Under the pieces are notes generated by a model. That model was not told the origin of the DNA. It did not search any database and was given only the letters and a program-made list of their open reading frames with translations. 64,000 nt of DNA from Camelus dromedarius (Eukaryota). The position numbers were made by a program, and so were the translations under genes. Within the stretch, counting starts at the first letter, position 1; each line of letters opens with the position of its first letter. The stretch is from the NCBI RefSeq assembly GCF_036321535.1, contig NC_087436.1:68636001-68700000 (forward strand). Reading direction: 5' to 3'. Positions 14,873 to 26,934 of the stretch are shown in pieces.

Positions 14873-15498
14873 TGAAACTGAGCAGAACTCTGTGGGGCCT
14901 TCCCTGGGACAGATTCCTGCTCCCTGTTCATTTGCAAGAAAGTTTTAGCCTCCTAGGCATCTCCCTATTTCCAAAAAGCAAATTTAATCAGAGAAGTGAG
15001 AAAATGCAGCAACAAAAGAAAAGTAGTCAAGTAAGACAAAATAATAATAGTTTAGCCATATAACAAAGTCAAGGACGTTGAGTCCCTCTTCAAGGTCTAT
15101 AGATAACATTCCGAGTCATATCCTCCAGTTGTTTCACAGATACTAAAATCCCCACCAGGTGGAAGACGTTAACTGCATGCAGACCAGTGGCAGGTAGATC
15201 CTAGATCAGCTGGAACCAGAAAGCTGATAATGAAGATTCCAAAAACATTACGCTGTCATCAACCAATCAGAGAACTGAGCACTGAGCTGATCACACACCC
15301 AACAATGCACCCCCTCAGACTATCTTTAAAAACCCTTCCCTGAAAACCAGTGAGGAGTTTGGGACTTTTGAGCATGAGCTGCCCATTCTCTTTGCTTAGT
15401 CCTGCAATAAACTCTGTACTTTCCTTCACATAACTCAGCACCAGCAGATTGGCTTTGCTGTGCATCAGGTAAGCAGATCCACACTTGGTTTGTTAACA
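14873..15498 (+). mobile_element. Solo LTR (ERV1-like) inserted in an L2 remnant
   Basis: TG...CA ends with internal CCAATCAG, TATA-like ctttaaaa and AATAAA in LTR order; L2-like sequence on both sides. Confidence 0.7.
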
Positions 15499-15659
15499 CA
15501 ATGAAATCATTCCCCTTCTTCTTAGGTGGCTCCCTAACCTGCTGTATTTTCTTCAAATCACTTATCATTAACTATTTACCATTTGCCTTTCCCTATAGAA
15601 TGCATGATCTGTTAGGAATTCACTACTTTATTCCAAATACCTAAAATGGTACCTGGCAT

Positions 15660-15895
15660 TTAATAACAAGAGCAAACACCGTGCCACACGTTATTTTAAG
15701 TGCTTTAATGTATTAACTCAGTTAATCCTTTCAACAACTCTATGAGACAGCCCAATTACTATCTTCATTGAACAGAGGAAAAAACCTGAGACTGACAGAG
15801 AATTTAACACAAATAACCTTCCCATGGCCACACAGCAGGTAAATGGCAGGGCCATCAATCTAATCAGTTTGGCTCTTGACAACTATGCTATACTG
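15660..15895 (-). mobile_element. MIR SINE (further MIRs at about 450-670, 34300-34430, 38740-38890, 39090-39330, 44720-44935, 54510-54760)
   Basis: MIR core-like 'ttaactcagttaatcct..caacaactctatgag...gaggaaaaaacctgagact...ggccacacagc.ggtaaatggcag'. Confidence 0.65.
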
Positions 15896-17219
15896 TCTAT
15901 CGCCTCTCACAGGAGGCATAAAGAAAGCACCCCCCCCCCAAAACTCTTAAATTAATTTTTTAAATTAAAAAAAGTTAAGCATACTAATGTGACAGATATA
16001 CTTAGAGTGGTATTATCAGTTCATCCTAATTTTTTTTAACAGCATGGCATACACACAAAAATGATACTAGGTAAACACAGGAAAAGAGATGGTTCTGGGA
16101 AAGAGGGAACCAGCCTGGGACCTCAGCCACAGTGACAGCTAAGATCAGTATCATTTTGGCAAAAGTGTAATCCATTCTAGGTTTTGGGAAGCTATAATTA
16201 TCAATTACAAGACTCTAAAAACAATGTAATAGCACAAAATTCAGTTCTGGAATCCAATTTTCTAGGCCTGGTATATATCTTATATAGACAAAGGATTTGA
16301 AAATATATAATCAAGATGCTATTATTTCTCTTACTAAACATTGGCTGGCATTATCAAATGGTACCAGCTCCTAGCTAAATAAATGGATAACTACGAGAAC
16401 TATTTCTGATTGCAATCAAGAAAGCAAACCAGAAGATAGCTGTGTTTAAGAGATCATCTATCTGAACACACACATACATAATATATTCTGGCATTGTAAC
16501 AAATGTGAAAATAAACAAAAATTCATATTACACAGTATTCCTATCCCTACTACACCTTCACTAACTGTCTTCCTTGCAGGAAGGGCAACAGTCTAGTGAG
16601 TAAAACTCTTAAGCAAAAATGAGAAACGCTATATTCTAACCCGTTCTGTCACTTAATGATACAACCAACTGGCACTTACTTTTCAGAAAGTTCTATTTCC
16701 TGCAATGTTTCAAAAATAGTTTTTATAATAAGGTCTATACAGCAATAAAAATGCTCTAAAAAGGGGGAGATTTTGTTTGCATTACGTAATATATCCAAGT
16801 AAATTTGGCAGTGTTGGCAGTGGCAGGCAATACCATCGTACCAAAAGCATCCCTTCAGTCTGAAGCTGGCGAAAAAGCTACAGGTTTGTGACCACTCACA
16901 TTAGCTCAAAATCACATATCCTTCACTTCCATCTTAGGCGTACTGTATTCTGGTAGTGAGCGGAATGTAACTATCCGTTTTATTAATTATGAAATGATTG
17001 AAGCAGGAAATACAGGAACGCTTCCCCCCTATTTTTGCAGAAGTGGAAAAGACATAAAGAACCTCAATACCAATTGGGAAATAATGGGTAACTCCTGTTT
17101 TTTTCCTAGATTTTTTTTTTTAAGTGTAGTCAGCAGAAGCCTCAGGATGCCCTGACTACCACTGATTCATTATTAACAAGTTCCCTCTGGTAACAGTTTT
17201 CAAAGGAGGATCCCAGTGG

Positions 17220-18000
17220 AGGATCGCGCACAGTGGAGCGCCTAGCTTTCACTTACCGAAAGGAAGGAAGAAGGTGTTTGGCACCAGGGCTGGAAAGCTC
17301 AGACCAAGCGACCCGGGCCACAACTCTCCGCGGGAGCCCCTCCCTCCCCCCACGTCCGGCGACTGGGAGGAAGGAGGATGGCCGACCCCACTGGTACTGA
17401 GAAAGCGCCAAAAGGGGCGAAAAGTGGACCTTCTCCTCAGCTGACCGGGGAGCAGTAGAGGCCGGAGCCCACGACGCCACACCTACCCTGCGCGCTCCCC
17501 TCGCCGCCCGGCGCCGGCTCCTCCCGGCCCCGAGGCCTCTCGCGCGCTCCCTGCCTAAACAGGGGAACAAGCAGAAAGCCGGCGCCGGGGTCCTGCCCGC
17601 CACGCCTTGCTTCTTCGCGCCCACACTCATCCTCTCACCTGCCGGCTCCCCAAGAGGAGCAGGACGCCTCTTGTCCCTGAGGTGCGGCCACTGCCTGGGG
17701 TCCCTCCATCGTCTCCTGAGACGCAGCCGCCGCTGGCTACCGGGAGGTAGGGAAGGGGGCGGGACCGCGAGGTCAAGGGGCGGTGACGTCACCGGAGGGG
17801 GCGGGTCTGGGAGCGCGCTGCTGAGCCCGGCCTTCCCGTCAAGCCCAGGGGCGTCCTGGCTTCCGGTTTGGGTGTGGCCGTTGGGCCGGCTTTGCTGCAG
17901 GTGGCCGCCGTGAGCGGCAGCGCTGCGGCGGGGGTCTGGTACCTGTAAACGGAACCAAGCGCTGAAGGTACCCAGAGGATTCCAGTGGCCAGCGAAGTGA
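17220..18000. promoter_or_regulatory. CpG island / UBA6 promoter (probably bidirectional)
   Basis: Abrupt GC- and CpG-rich segment in an AT-rich background. Contains CRE TGACGTCA (17784-17791), GC boxes on both sides (17777-17783, 17797-17805) and an ETS motif CTTCCGG (17860-17866). No TATA box seen. Confidence 0.9.
17639..17709 (-). CDS. UBA6: UBA6 (ubiquitin-like modifier-activating enzyme 6) coding exon 1
   Basis: ATG at 17709-17707 gives MEGPQAVAAPQGQEASCSSWGAG(S), matching the recalled human N-terminus MEGSEPVAAHQGEEASCSSWGTG. The exon is 71 nt, ends at donor AG|GTGAG and lies in a CpG island. Confidence 0.95.
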
Positions 18001-19084
18001 TGGGTTTGCGTATCAAAATCTTTAAGAGTTGTATAGGAAAGGGAAAAAACCCTTTCATTTTATAAATTAAAAAAAAGCGAAGGCTATTAATAAGTTAACT
18101 TCCGATTTCTAGTCTGGGATTTTATTTTAAGACGTTATACGTTTAACAAATAATTTCGGACTTCTAATACTTATCACGGATTTTATAGAATCATGTGATT
18201 TTTAGAGTTGTTAATGACATTATGTCATCTAGGTTGCCCTCTTCAGTTTATGTGTGAGGGGCAGGAACTTTGGGTCAGTGTAAGTGACTTTTGTCGGATT
18301 AAGTACTAGAACATGTGTCTAAGAACTTCTCATCTGATGCTCTTTCCATTGACTCCTCTTTCACCGTTCTTACGAAACAGTAAGAATGTGTACCTCTCCA
18401 TTCTCCTTTCAAAACTGCACATCTCCAAATATCTGGAAATTTCATGCTGCTCACAGATGTCATCCTTCAGGTTTCTTGATCAAGTTGTGTACCTTTTCCA
18501 CAAAATCTTGAGAATGAACTGGTCTATGTCCCATTCTTTCAAGATTCTGCTCTGGCACTAGATTCATCTGCTGCCTGTTCTCTTTATTCTAAAGCTAATA
18601 GATATAAATATCTTTCATCCACCCCACAAATTATGACATATTTCTATGGCCCTCCCTCTAATTTCTTTTCCCTATTTCTTTCCTTCCTAAACATTTATTG
18701 AATGCCTAATGAACATTAGGACCTAATGACTAGACAATAATCAGGTGATAGAAATACAGTGATCCCTGATTTCATCAATCTCATTGTGGGAAGCCAAAAA
18801 AGGTGGGAAATAAATGAAAAAATAACATCAGATAGTAAATATGATGAAGAAAATTTGAAACCGATAAGGAGATGGAAAGAGACTTGGGGAGGAGGAGGGA
18901 GAAAATTTTGGATAAAGTAGTCAAAGATGGACTCTTTGAAGAAGTGACAATTTGAGCTAAAATCTAAATGATGCGAGTCCTGTGAATATCTTATCAGAAG
19001 AGCAGTCTACTCAGAGGGAAAAGCAAGTGTATACTTACAATTTTTCTTTTGTAGGATTTGTCACCTTTTAGTATATATTTCTAC

Positions 19085-19503
19085 CTTTAAGAGAGACTGG
19101 GCTTTTCCCAGAGAAAGAGATTCAAAATGTGAGGAGGAATTTGATGTGCGAAAGAACTCCATTGCTGGCTTTGAAAAGGGAAGGGACCACATGGAAAGGA
19201 ATGGAAATGTCCTCTAGGAGCTGAGAGTGGCCTCCAGCTACCAGCCAGTATGAGAAGGGAACCTTGGCCTACAGCTGCAAGGAACTAAATTTGGTCAACA
19301 CATGTATGAACTTGGAAGACCCCAAGTTCCAGAACAGAGCGAGTAAGCTAATACCTTGATTTCAACCTTGGGAGGCCCTGGGCAGAGAACCCAGCTATAA
19401 TGGGTCCCCAGTTCTGACCTGAGAACTGTGAGATAATAAATTTGTATTTTTTAAGCCACTGTGTTTATGGTAATTTGGTATAGAGCAATGGAAAATGAAC
19501 ATA
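19085..19503 (+). mobile_element. MaLR LTR (MLT1-type)
   Basis: 'ctacagctgcaaggaactaaatt...gaactgtgagataataaatttgt...tttaagccact..gtttatggtaatttg..atagagcaatggaaaa' is a typical MLT1 3' end. Confidence 0.75.
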
Positions 19504-21649
19504 CCAAGTTTCATCTGACACCCACATTTCTTCACAGGTTTGAAGCAGCATTTTGATAGACTTAAAAGAAAGCAAGACTGTATGTAAAGGGATCTATGTT
19601 AGGCTGGACTGCAACATGGACCCAGGGTGCTGTTTTCTTGGAATCTACAGAGTTAAAATTGGTGGGAAATGTGTCTACAAACTCCTTTCTGAAGTTCTAC
19701 AAGTAGAGGCTGTTTCTCTGTGTCATTATAACTTAGATCATTTAGCCAAGAATGGGATATTTCAATTTCAATGAAAGGATTTCAAAGAGCAAATTCTTTT
19801 TGACAGTTTATTATTTTAGAGATAGGGTTTTTCTGTGAGGAAAAATTCAGCACTTACACGAAGTGTGGCTTCTTGGTGACAATTTACAGCAGATTATTGG
19901 GCGAAATACTATTTTCTGTTACCTTTACAGCTGGCTTTATCTGTGTTTATTATTTATACCTGATGAATGGCAAAGCAGATTTTTACTTTTTCAGTTCAAA
20001 CTCATTTTTCCTTCCTTACAGATTTCAGGAAAATTTTTCTAACAATAGAGAGCTCCCTTTTTTGTTGTTGTTGCTTTGATATAGTGTTAAAAAAATATGG
20101 TGGCTTGATTTCTGTGGTTTCTTGATGCACTCTCCTCTATTATGATCTGTCAAAGAGCCACTGTCTCTTTCCTTCATTTCTGTTGTCCCTGTGCTGCATG
20201 TGTTTTTATATGTATGTATATATGAATGCAGTTACATTCTCAAGGCATAGCACAATAATTTTATTTTAAAATCTTTATTTTGGATACTTTTAGATCTACA
20301 GAAAATTTTCAAAGGTAAAACAATTTCTGTATATACTTCACTCAGCTTCCTCTAATGATAACATCTTACAAAATCATGGTACATTTGTCAAAACTAAGAA
20401 ATTAACATTGGTACAGTACTATTAACTAGCTATATATTTTATTGCATTTCACCAGTTTTTCACTAATGTCCTTTTTTCTGTATGGATCCAGAAAATCCAG
20501 GATACCACAATACATTTAGAATTGCCCCGTCTTGATCATTATGTAAGTGTAAATTATAATGAATATCTTCCTGAAACTTTATGTGCAAATTGGATTTCTG
20601 TAAATTAAATAGTTTACATCATAAATTATAAAGATAATCAAAATCAACTATGTTGTGTTTCATAATTACAGAGGCTATTTACATGCATCTTCAACTTCAT
20701 ATTCCTAAGTAATTGACTATTAGCACAGAAAGGATACTTAGCAGTCATCTAAATATACAACCCCATTGTTTTACAGAGGATGATTCAAAGAGATAAAGAG
20801 GTTAAATGTATTGGATAAATTCATATCCTTGCAGGTGCAGAGCCACGACTAGAACTTTGCTGAGTATTTTTCTAGTATATTATGCCCAGAGCCAGACAAT
20901 TGGAACACCTGTTTCATATCATAAATAACGGGAAGTACTGACCCTGAGGCCAGGCCTTCAAACATGGTTGGAAAGCAGTCAACCTTCTGAGTTTTGAAGA
21001 ATGCTTCTTTGTCCAAAGGTGTTGCAGTAACATTTGAACTGGCTTGAAGAGGGCTGTTTAGAAGAACCCAGAGGGAATTCCTTATAACGGAAATAAACTA
21101 TTTCAAAATGTGAATAATTACACCCCTAAATCGACTATGAATTAGAATATGTGTATATCACATTTTCCTAAAATGTTTTGAAAAATTGCCAATGGAGCAA
21201 TAAAAAGACAAATCATCATAGATTAAAGATTGAAATATAGTTTCCCAAGACACTTTATTGTTTAACTTAACCGCTTATGCAACAGTGACTAGAGGTAAAA
21301 TATAATAAATCACGGTCCTAAGTTAACCTTCTGATATTTGATAGAAAACAGATGACAAACCTGAAAATCCCTAAGCAGGGCTTCATGTTTGTGTGGCTTT
21401 CTTGGCAATATTCTGTAAATGATCAGAATCTGCCCAAATTGAGTGATAAAGGCAACTCAGCTTGTTTATGAAAGAGGACGTTCAAAGCCCCATTCCAGAG
21501 ATCCAAATTCAGCCACAGTCACTAGTCACCCTAGAGGCAGTTGCTTCCTCAACTATACTGTTGCATTTCACATCTTTTTTCTTGACTGAAACAATGTTCA
21601 GATCATCTCCCTTCTCATCTTTGGCTTGTTTTCTCATCTTTAGTTTGAT

Positions 21650-21852
21650 AGCTAGAACCTCTAGCCTGGAGAGCATCAAACTTAAGCACACATCAGAATC
21701 TCGTGGTTTGCCTGTTAAAGCAGATTGTTGGACCCCACACTAGCATTTCTCCTTCAGTACGCTTAGGTAAGGGCCGAGAATTTGCATTTCTAGTAAGTTC
21801 CATGTTAATGTGTGTGCTGCTAGCCCTAGGACCATATTTTGCACTGCTCTAA
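21650..21852. mobile_element. MER5A-like hAT-Charlie element
   Basis: 'atcagaatc...ttaaagcagattg.tggacccca...gaatttgcatttctagtaagttcc'. Confidence 0.7.
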
Positions 21853-22034
21853 CTCACTTCCTCTAACTTACACTTTGGGTTACTTCTAAACCCCTTTTCA
21901 ATATGGCTTTCCTTACTGAGTTCTGGGCTGCACTGATGTTGCATTAATCTTTTGTTTCTGTTTCCTTAGTTTATTTGCAGTCCCATTCCTCCTGGCTTTG
22001 ATGTCATTTTATACTCTGCATCCTGGCTTTAGAC

Positions 22035-22881
22035 ATGCCATATATTTACCATGTCAAGGGTCACATGTTGGTTAACTCAGAGCAAGCATTAGTAATTTCC
22101 GCTACAGAAAATGTTTGTGGTTAGTTTTCCTCACAAAGATAACTGGAATATATGTGGACAGAGGGAGATAGGTGTGGAGATAGAGAACAAGTTGGTGTGA
22201 AATTCTTTCATGTAAATATTCAAGGCACCATAAAATCTGAAGGAAGCAGTGATGGAGGATACAATTCCTGTTGAAAATGTGGTTAAGGTTATTGTATACT
22301 GGATGCTTGATATCAACGTTTCTACACAAATATAGATAGCCCTATTATCTTATATAAAAGCACAGTCATAATGCTCCAGGGTGGCTGAAGTTGAAGACTT
22401 TAGCTACAGCTAAGAAAAACTAAGAAGCTGGGTAACAGATAACTCTATTCCTATAATCAACTATCAGCAGGTAGGAGAAAGAGACTGGCTTTACAACCAA
22501 CCAGCAGAAGTCTAAGATAGCCTGAAGACCTATACTTAGGTCAGCTAGCTTCTGAATCCTAACACTAGGTCATTGATTTCCTTTTCAATGGTGTAGTGCC
22601 TAGAGGCACAGCTATTTGCAACATCTTTGCCAGTGATGGCATCCTAGGGAGACTTCCATCTCTTACAAATAGTTTTTGGTCTATACACAGTTTTGTGGGG
22701 ACATACTCGACAACACTAGTCTCACTGAAGGTGGTGTTGAAGGAGCCATCTCTCACAATGCTCTTATCACTGGGCTTTTGATGGGAGGCTGATTTTTATA
22801 TTCCAGGCAGTAGAGCTCCCAGCAGGTATTTCTAATCTGGACAATAACCTCACCAATGTGGTTAAGGATGCTTTAATGCAG
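22035..22881 (-). pseudogene. Degenerate processed alpha-tubulin (TUBA) pseudogene
   Basis: Collinear, intronless fragments: [20 protein letters not shown] ([20 protein letters not shown]), SFNTTFSET, HYTIEKEINDLVL, TLEHYDCAF, IVSSITASFRFYGALN, SVAEITNAC, CDP*HGKYMAC. Many stops and frameshifts. Confidence 0.9.
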
Positions 22882-24199
22882 AGTGGTAGACAGAGGAAGC
22901 AAAGGTTATCATCTCTAATAAGGTAGGAAGAGAGGTATCTGTTTTTAATAATTAGTGAAATGACAATTTTAGGATGCCAAAAGATAAACACTACTCAAAA
23001 GAGTTTTCCTACAGATTCTTTATTATCAATTAAAGATAATATTAAGTAATAATAATAACAATAGATTAAATTACTTGCATGAATTCTCATGAGATTTCAT
23101 ACTTATTTCCAAATCTTGGACAATTCAGGATGAAAGGGATAGGCAAGAAGTAGAAACAGATTCACTACCACCAAGTTTCATGGATAGATATGGTGATTGC
23201 TTCAAGGTGGGAGATGCTGGCATCACTTTTAATAATTCTACTGGACAAAAATGATGGTCACTGATGACATCTAATTCCAACCTCTTTAGTCATTCAAATT
23301 GCTGAAAGGCAATTTGGCAGACACCATACCTTTTCTTTCTTGTTAAGAGTTCTCCCTTCTTTCTTGCTAACAGAGTATCAATTTTGTTCAGATACAGGGC
23401 TGTCATGAGCTTCATGGAAATCTAGATTTCTCCCAAATCCTAGATACTGAGTTATGAGTGATCTAAAATAGTCATGATTCCAATCTCCACGGAGTGGACT
23501 GGCTTAGGCATTGGCGTGTTAGACAATTCAGGAATATAAGTGAGGGGCAGGATAACAAGATGAGTTACTGAAGAAGATTCTCCTTGTTTTTTGTTTTGTT
23601 TTGTCTTTAAGATTCTCCCTGTTAATAAGAACAGACACAGCAAGGAAATATTCCCTTTTGTGTCTCTGGACTTGTTCTATGAGGAGATGACTCTTGCAGC
23701 TGTTTGTTACATGTTTTTCCTGACAGTAGTGGACAAGCCTGAGATCAAAAACTGATGTAGTACATATGCCAAAACCCTAAATTCACTGGAACTCTAAACC
23801 AACTAACCTTTGGATTGATTGTTATGTGAAATAGTGTCTTTTTTGTTTCAGCCCTTTTCAACTGTGTTTCTCATTTTTCTAGTTTAAAGTGTTCTAATTG
23901 ATAAAGATATGATTCCTTTCTATTACTTAATAGAAACATTAAGGCAGCAAACTTGCCTATACACACAGAAATATCAAAGAATTTTACAGAGCTTACATAT
24001 TTCCTTTCTCTTAGCTTATATATGTACATATATACAAAATTATAAATACATAAAATATATATTATACATATATATATTTCCTTGAATTGCAGTGTAGGTG
24101 TTGCTGTGTCACTCTTAAGGAACAATGATGATATTATATTAATTCCATCTTTTTCTGAGAAGGAAAAATGTTAAACTGTCAATGTCCCATAGCCTCTCA

Positions 24200-26240
24200 A
24201 CCTGAAGCTAGAATTGATCATTCAGAATTAATCTAGAAGAACAAGTTAAGAAATTTGGACTTTGTTTCAGGTGAGATGCAGAGTCATTAAAGGAGTGACA
24301 TTTTAATTGTATGTCAAAAAAGAGCATTCTGTCTACTTTGTGGAGAATAGATTATAGCAGAACAAGAGGAATTTATGAGAAATTTGTGGCTCCAATCAGG
24401 TTGAGAGAGGTAATAATAGATTAGGTTAGATCAATGACAATAGAGACAGGGAAATGGGCAGATTTGGAAAATGTTTTGCAGACTAGATTTACTGATCGAT
24501 TGAATGTAAGAAAACAGGGAGAGATAAATTAAGAATGAATTCTGGGTTTTGTCTTGAACAAACTGGGTAGATTTTGGTGACATCACTGAGGTGGGAAGAA
24601 TGCATGAGAAAATGATTTAGGGAAGAAATAGAGTTCATTATAACATAATAAAGATATGTCGAGTAAAATATGCATATAGAGAAATCAAGTAGAAATTTGG
24701 ATCTATGAATTTGTAGCTCAGAGAAGTCTGAGCTAAATATATAAATTTTGTAATATATACATCTGTGCATATATGTGCATGTGTGTATAAATGTGTATAT
24801 ACACACATATATACATACCCATGTACAGAGGACTGAGCAGTATCCCCAAGGGGGAGAAGGTAGACAGACAAACCGGGAATCCCTAGATGTGAGCCCATAT
24901 AATTATTAGGTAGAAGAGAAGGAGAAAAAAATGAAACTGAGCAAGAACTTCTGGTGAGATAGGAGAGAAACCAAGAGCAGATGGTTTCACAGAGCTAAGA
25001 GGGGTGTCTCTAGTGGGAAATGAATTGGTATAAGAATTCACCACTGTCCAGTTCCACTCAAGGATTGATGCTGGGCTTTCTCCTTAATTTGTCAAGGAAT
25101 TACCACACCTTCTTTTCAGGGGAATTAAAAATAATACTAGACTGATGAAAATTGGATTTCCACCCAGAATAGTTACTCAGATGGTTCAGCACTGTTTTAG
25201 GATAAAGACTGTTTTCATGAATGGCCAAGGGATATTATGCTGATCTCTGAAAAAGGAAGGACATCACCAGATAGTGATAAGAAAAACAGCAGTGGGGCTT
25301 CTCCATGAGGGCAGTGTGATTTACTCACCCAAAGAGGGAGGGATAGCCTTCAGACACCAATTAATCTTCCATGTAGCTTCCTGATGCTTGACAATTTCCC
25401 AACCCACCTCCTTGTCATGTGGTTTCTCTCCAGTCAAACCTTCTCTTTCATCTCCTGCCACTCCAGTATTCTCTGAGATATGGCCCAGTCCTCCTTCACC
25501 TGAGCTCCTCATAGGTGCTCAGGTTTGAACTGTTTGAATATTGATGAACATTACAGTAAGTCAAGAACAGAAAAAGCATCATTAGTTTTGATAGTAGGTT
25601 TGTCTTTGGTGACCTTGACTAGAGTTTCACTGGAATGCTAAGGATAGACTACAAGGTGATAGGTGTTGACGATGAAAAGGGAACTACTATATATAAGTAG
25701 ATAAACAACAAGGTTCTACTGTCTAGCACAGGGAACTACACTCAATATCTTGTAATAACCTATAATGAAAAAGAATATATATATGTAATAATCATTTTGC
25801 TGCACACCAGAAATTAACACATTGTAAATCAACTATACTTAAATAAAATTTTTTTAAAAATTAAAAAAGGGAAGTAAAGAAGAGTTATCAGGTGTGGTCA
25901 ACTCTTGAGTTTTCTGGGAAGTAGAGTAGAGAAATGGATTGTGGCAGATGAAGCTGAAATGGAATATATAGCTGAGGAAGACTTTTTTAAAATGTGAGAT
26001 AAAAAGTATTATCATATGCCAGTGGGAAATGATTCAATAGAAAGGGGGAAATTGATGTTGTAGGAGGAAAATGGAATAGCTGAAGAAATGATGTCCTTGA
26101 GAGGTGAGAGGGAAAGTTATCCACAACACAAAGGGAGGGATTGGCTTTTAAGAGGAGCAGGGACAAATTTTCCATTGTAATAGGAGCACACAGAGAACAG
26201 AATATAGTTTAGGAAGGTTTATTAGTGGGAAGTTGAGAGA
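24200..26240. mobile_element. L2 remnants, interrupted by other inserts (further L2 at about 890-1440, 13990-14870, 52700-54300)
   Basis: Purine-rich decayed L2-like segments, e.g. 'tggtgaccttgactagagtttcactggaatg'. Confidence 0.5.
25679..25870 (+). mobile_element. Cetartiodactyl-type L1 3' end
   Basis: 'agcacagggaactacactcaatatcttgtaataacctataatg...cattgtaaatcaactatactt' followed by an A-rich tail. Confidence 0.75.
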
Positions 26241-26934
26241 GCTCTCTTCTGATAAATCTTTGTCAGTTCCTGCATTCTATTTCTTTGGGGTCTACTTTTT
26301 ATTGAATTTGATCGTGCTATTCTGATGGTGGTTGTATTTTGCCAAATAGCTGGTTATGGGATTGTTATCTGCAATGGACTTGGGAAGACCTTGTGAACTT
26401 AGTCCTGGCAACTACACCAGCTGGGGCAAGCAATTGTTGTAGAGGAGCCAGCTGTAAGTAAAGATGCTGAGTGCAGCCTAGAAAGTAGAATGTGTCCAAG
26501 ATGTTTAGTGAAAGATAATGGGAAATTCAGGAGATGAACTAGTGATAGAGGAAGCAATGGATGAGATCACAGAAAGTCTCATCCTATCAGGTGGGTAGAC
26601 CATAGTAATTAGAAATCTATAAAAGCAGGGAACATTAGAGATTTTGACACACAGACCAGTATATAGTTTGCAGCAGAGATTCCTGAAATCAAATAGCATG
26701 TCCTCCTTAGTTTAAATTGGTTTAGGAACAGACTTCAGTCCCATTCTAATGGAGAGGAGGCATTAGAATGGAAAGAGTAAGGTGGGACCTCATTCTAGCA
26801 AGTCTAGCTTTCTGAAGAGATCATTGGGATAGTGAATTTGGCAAGAAAATAAGATTTGAATATTTTTATCAGAACTAGTTTATAAATTTGGAAAGTGAGA
26901 AGCGGTAGTAGAAATAATGTAGAGGCTTAGTTCC

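Noticed and set aside
17249..18058. Several 77-179 aa ORFs on both strands in the CpG island
   Set aside because: GC-rich DNA is poor in stop codons; the products are low-complexity and not in the UBA6 frame.
21509..21691. Charged 60-aa ORF as the missing tubulin C-terminus
   Set aside because: No convincing match to the alpha-tubulin tail, and it partly overlaps a MER5A-like element.
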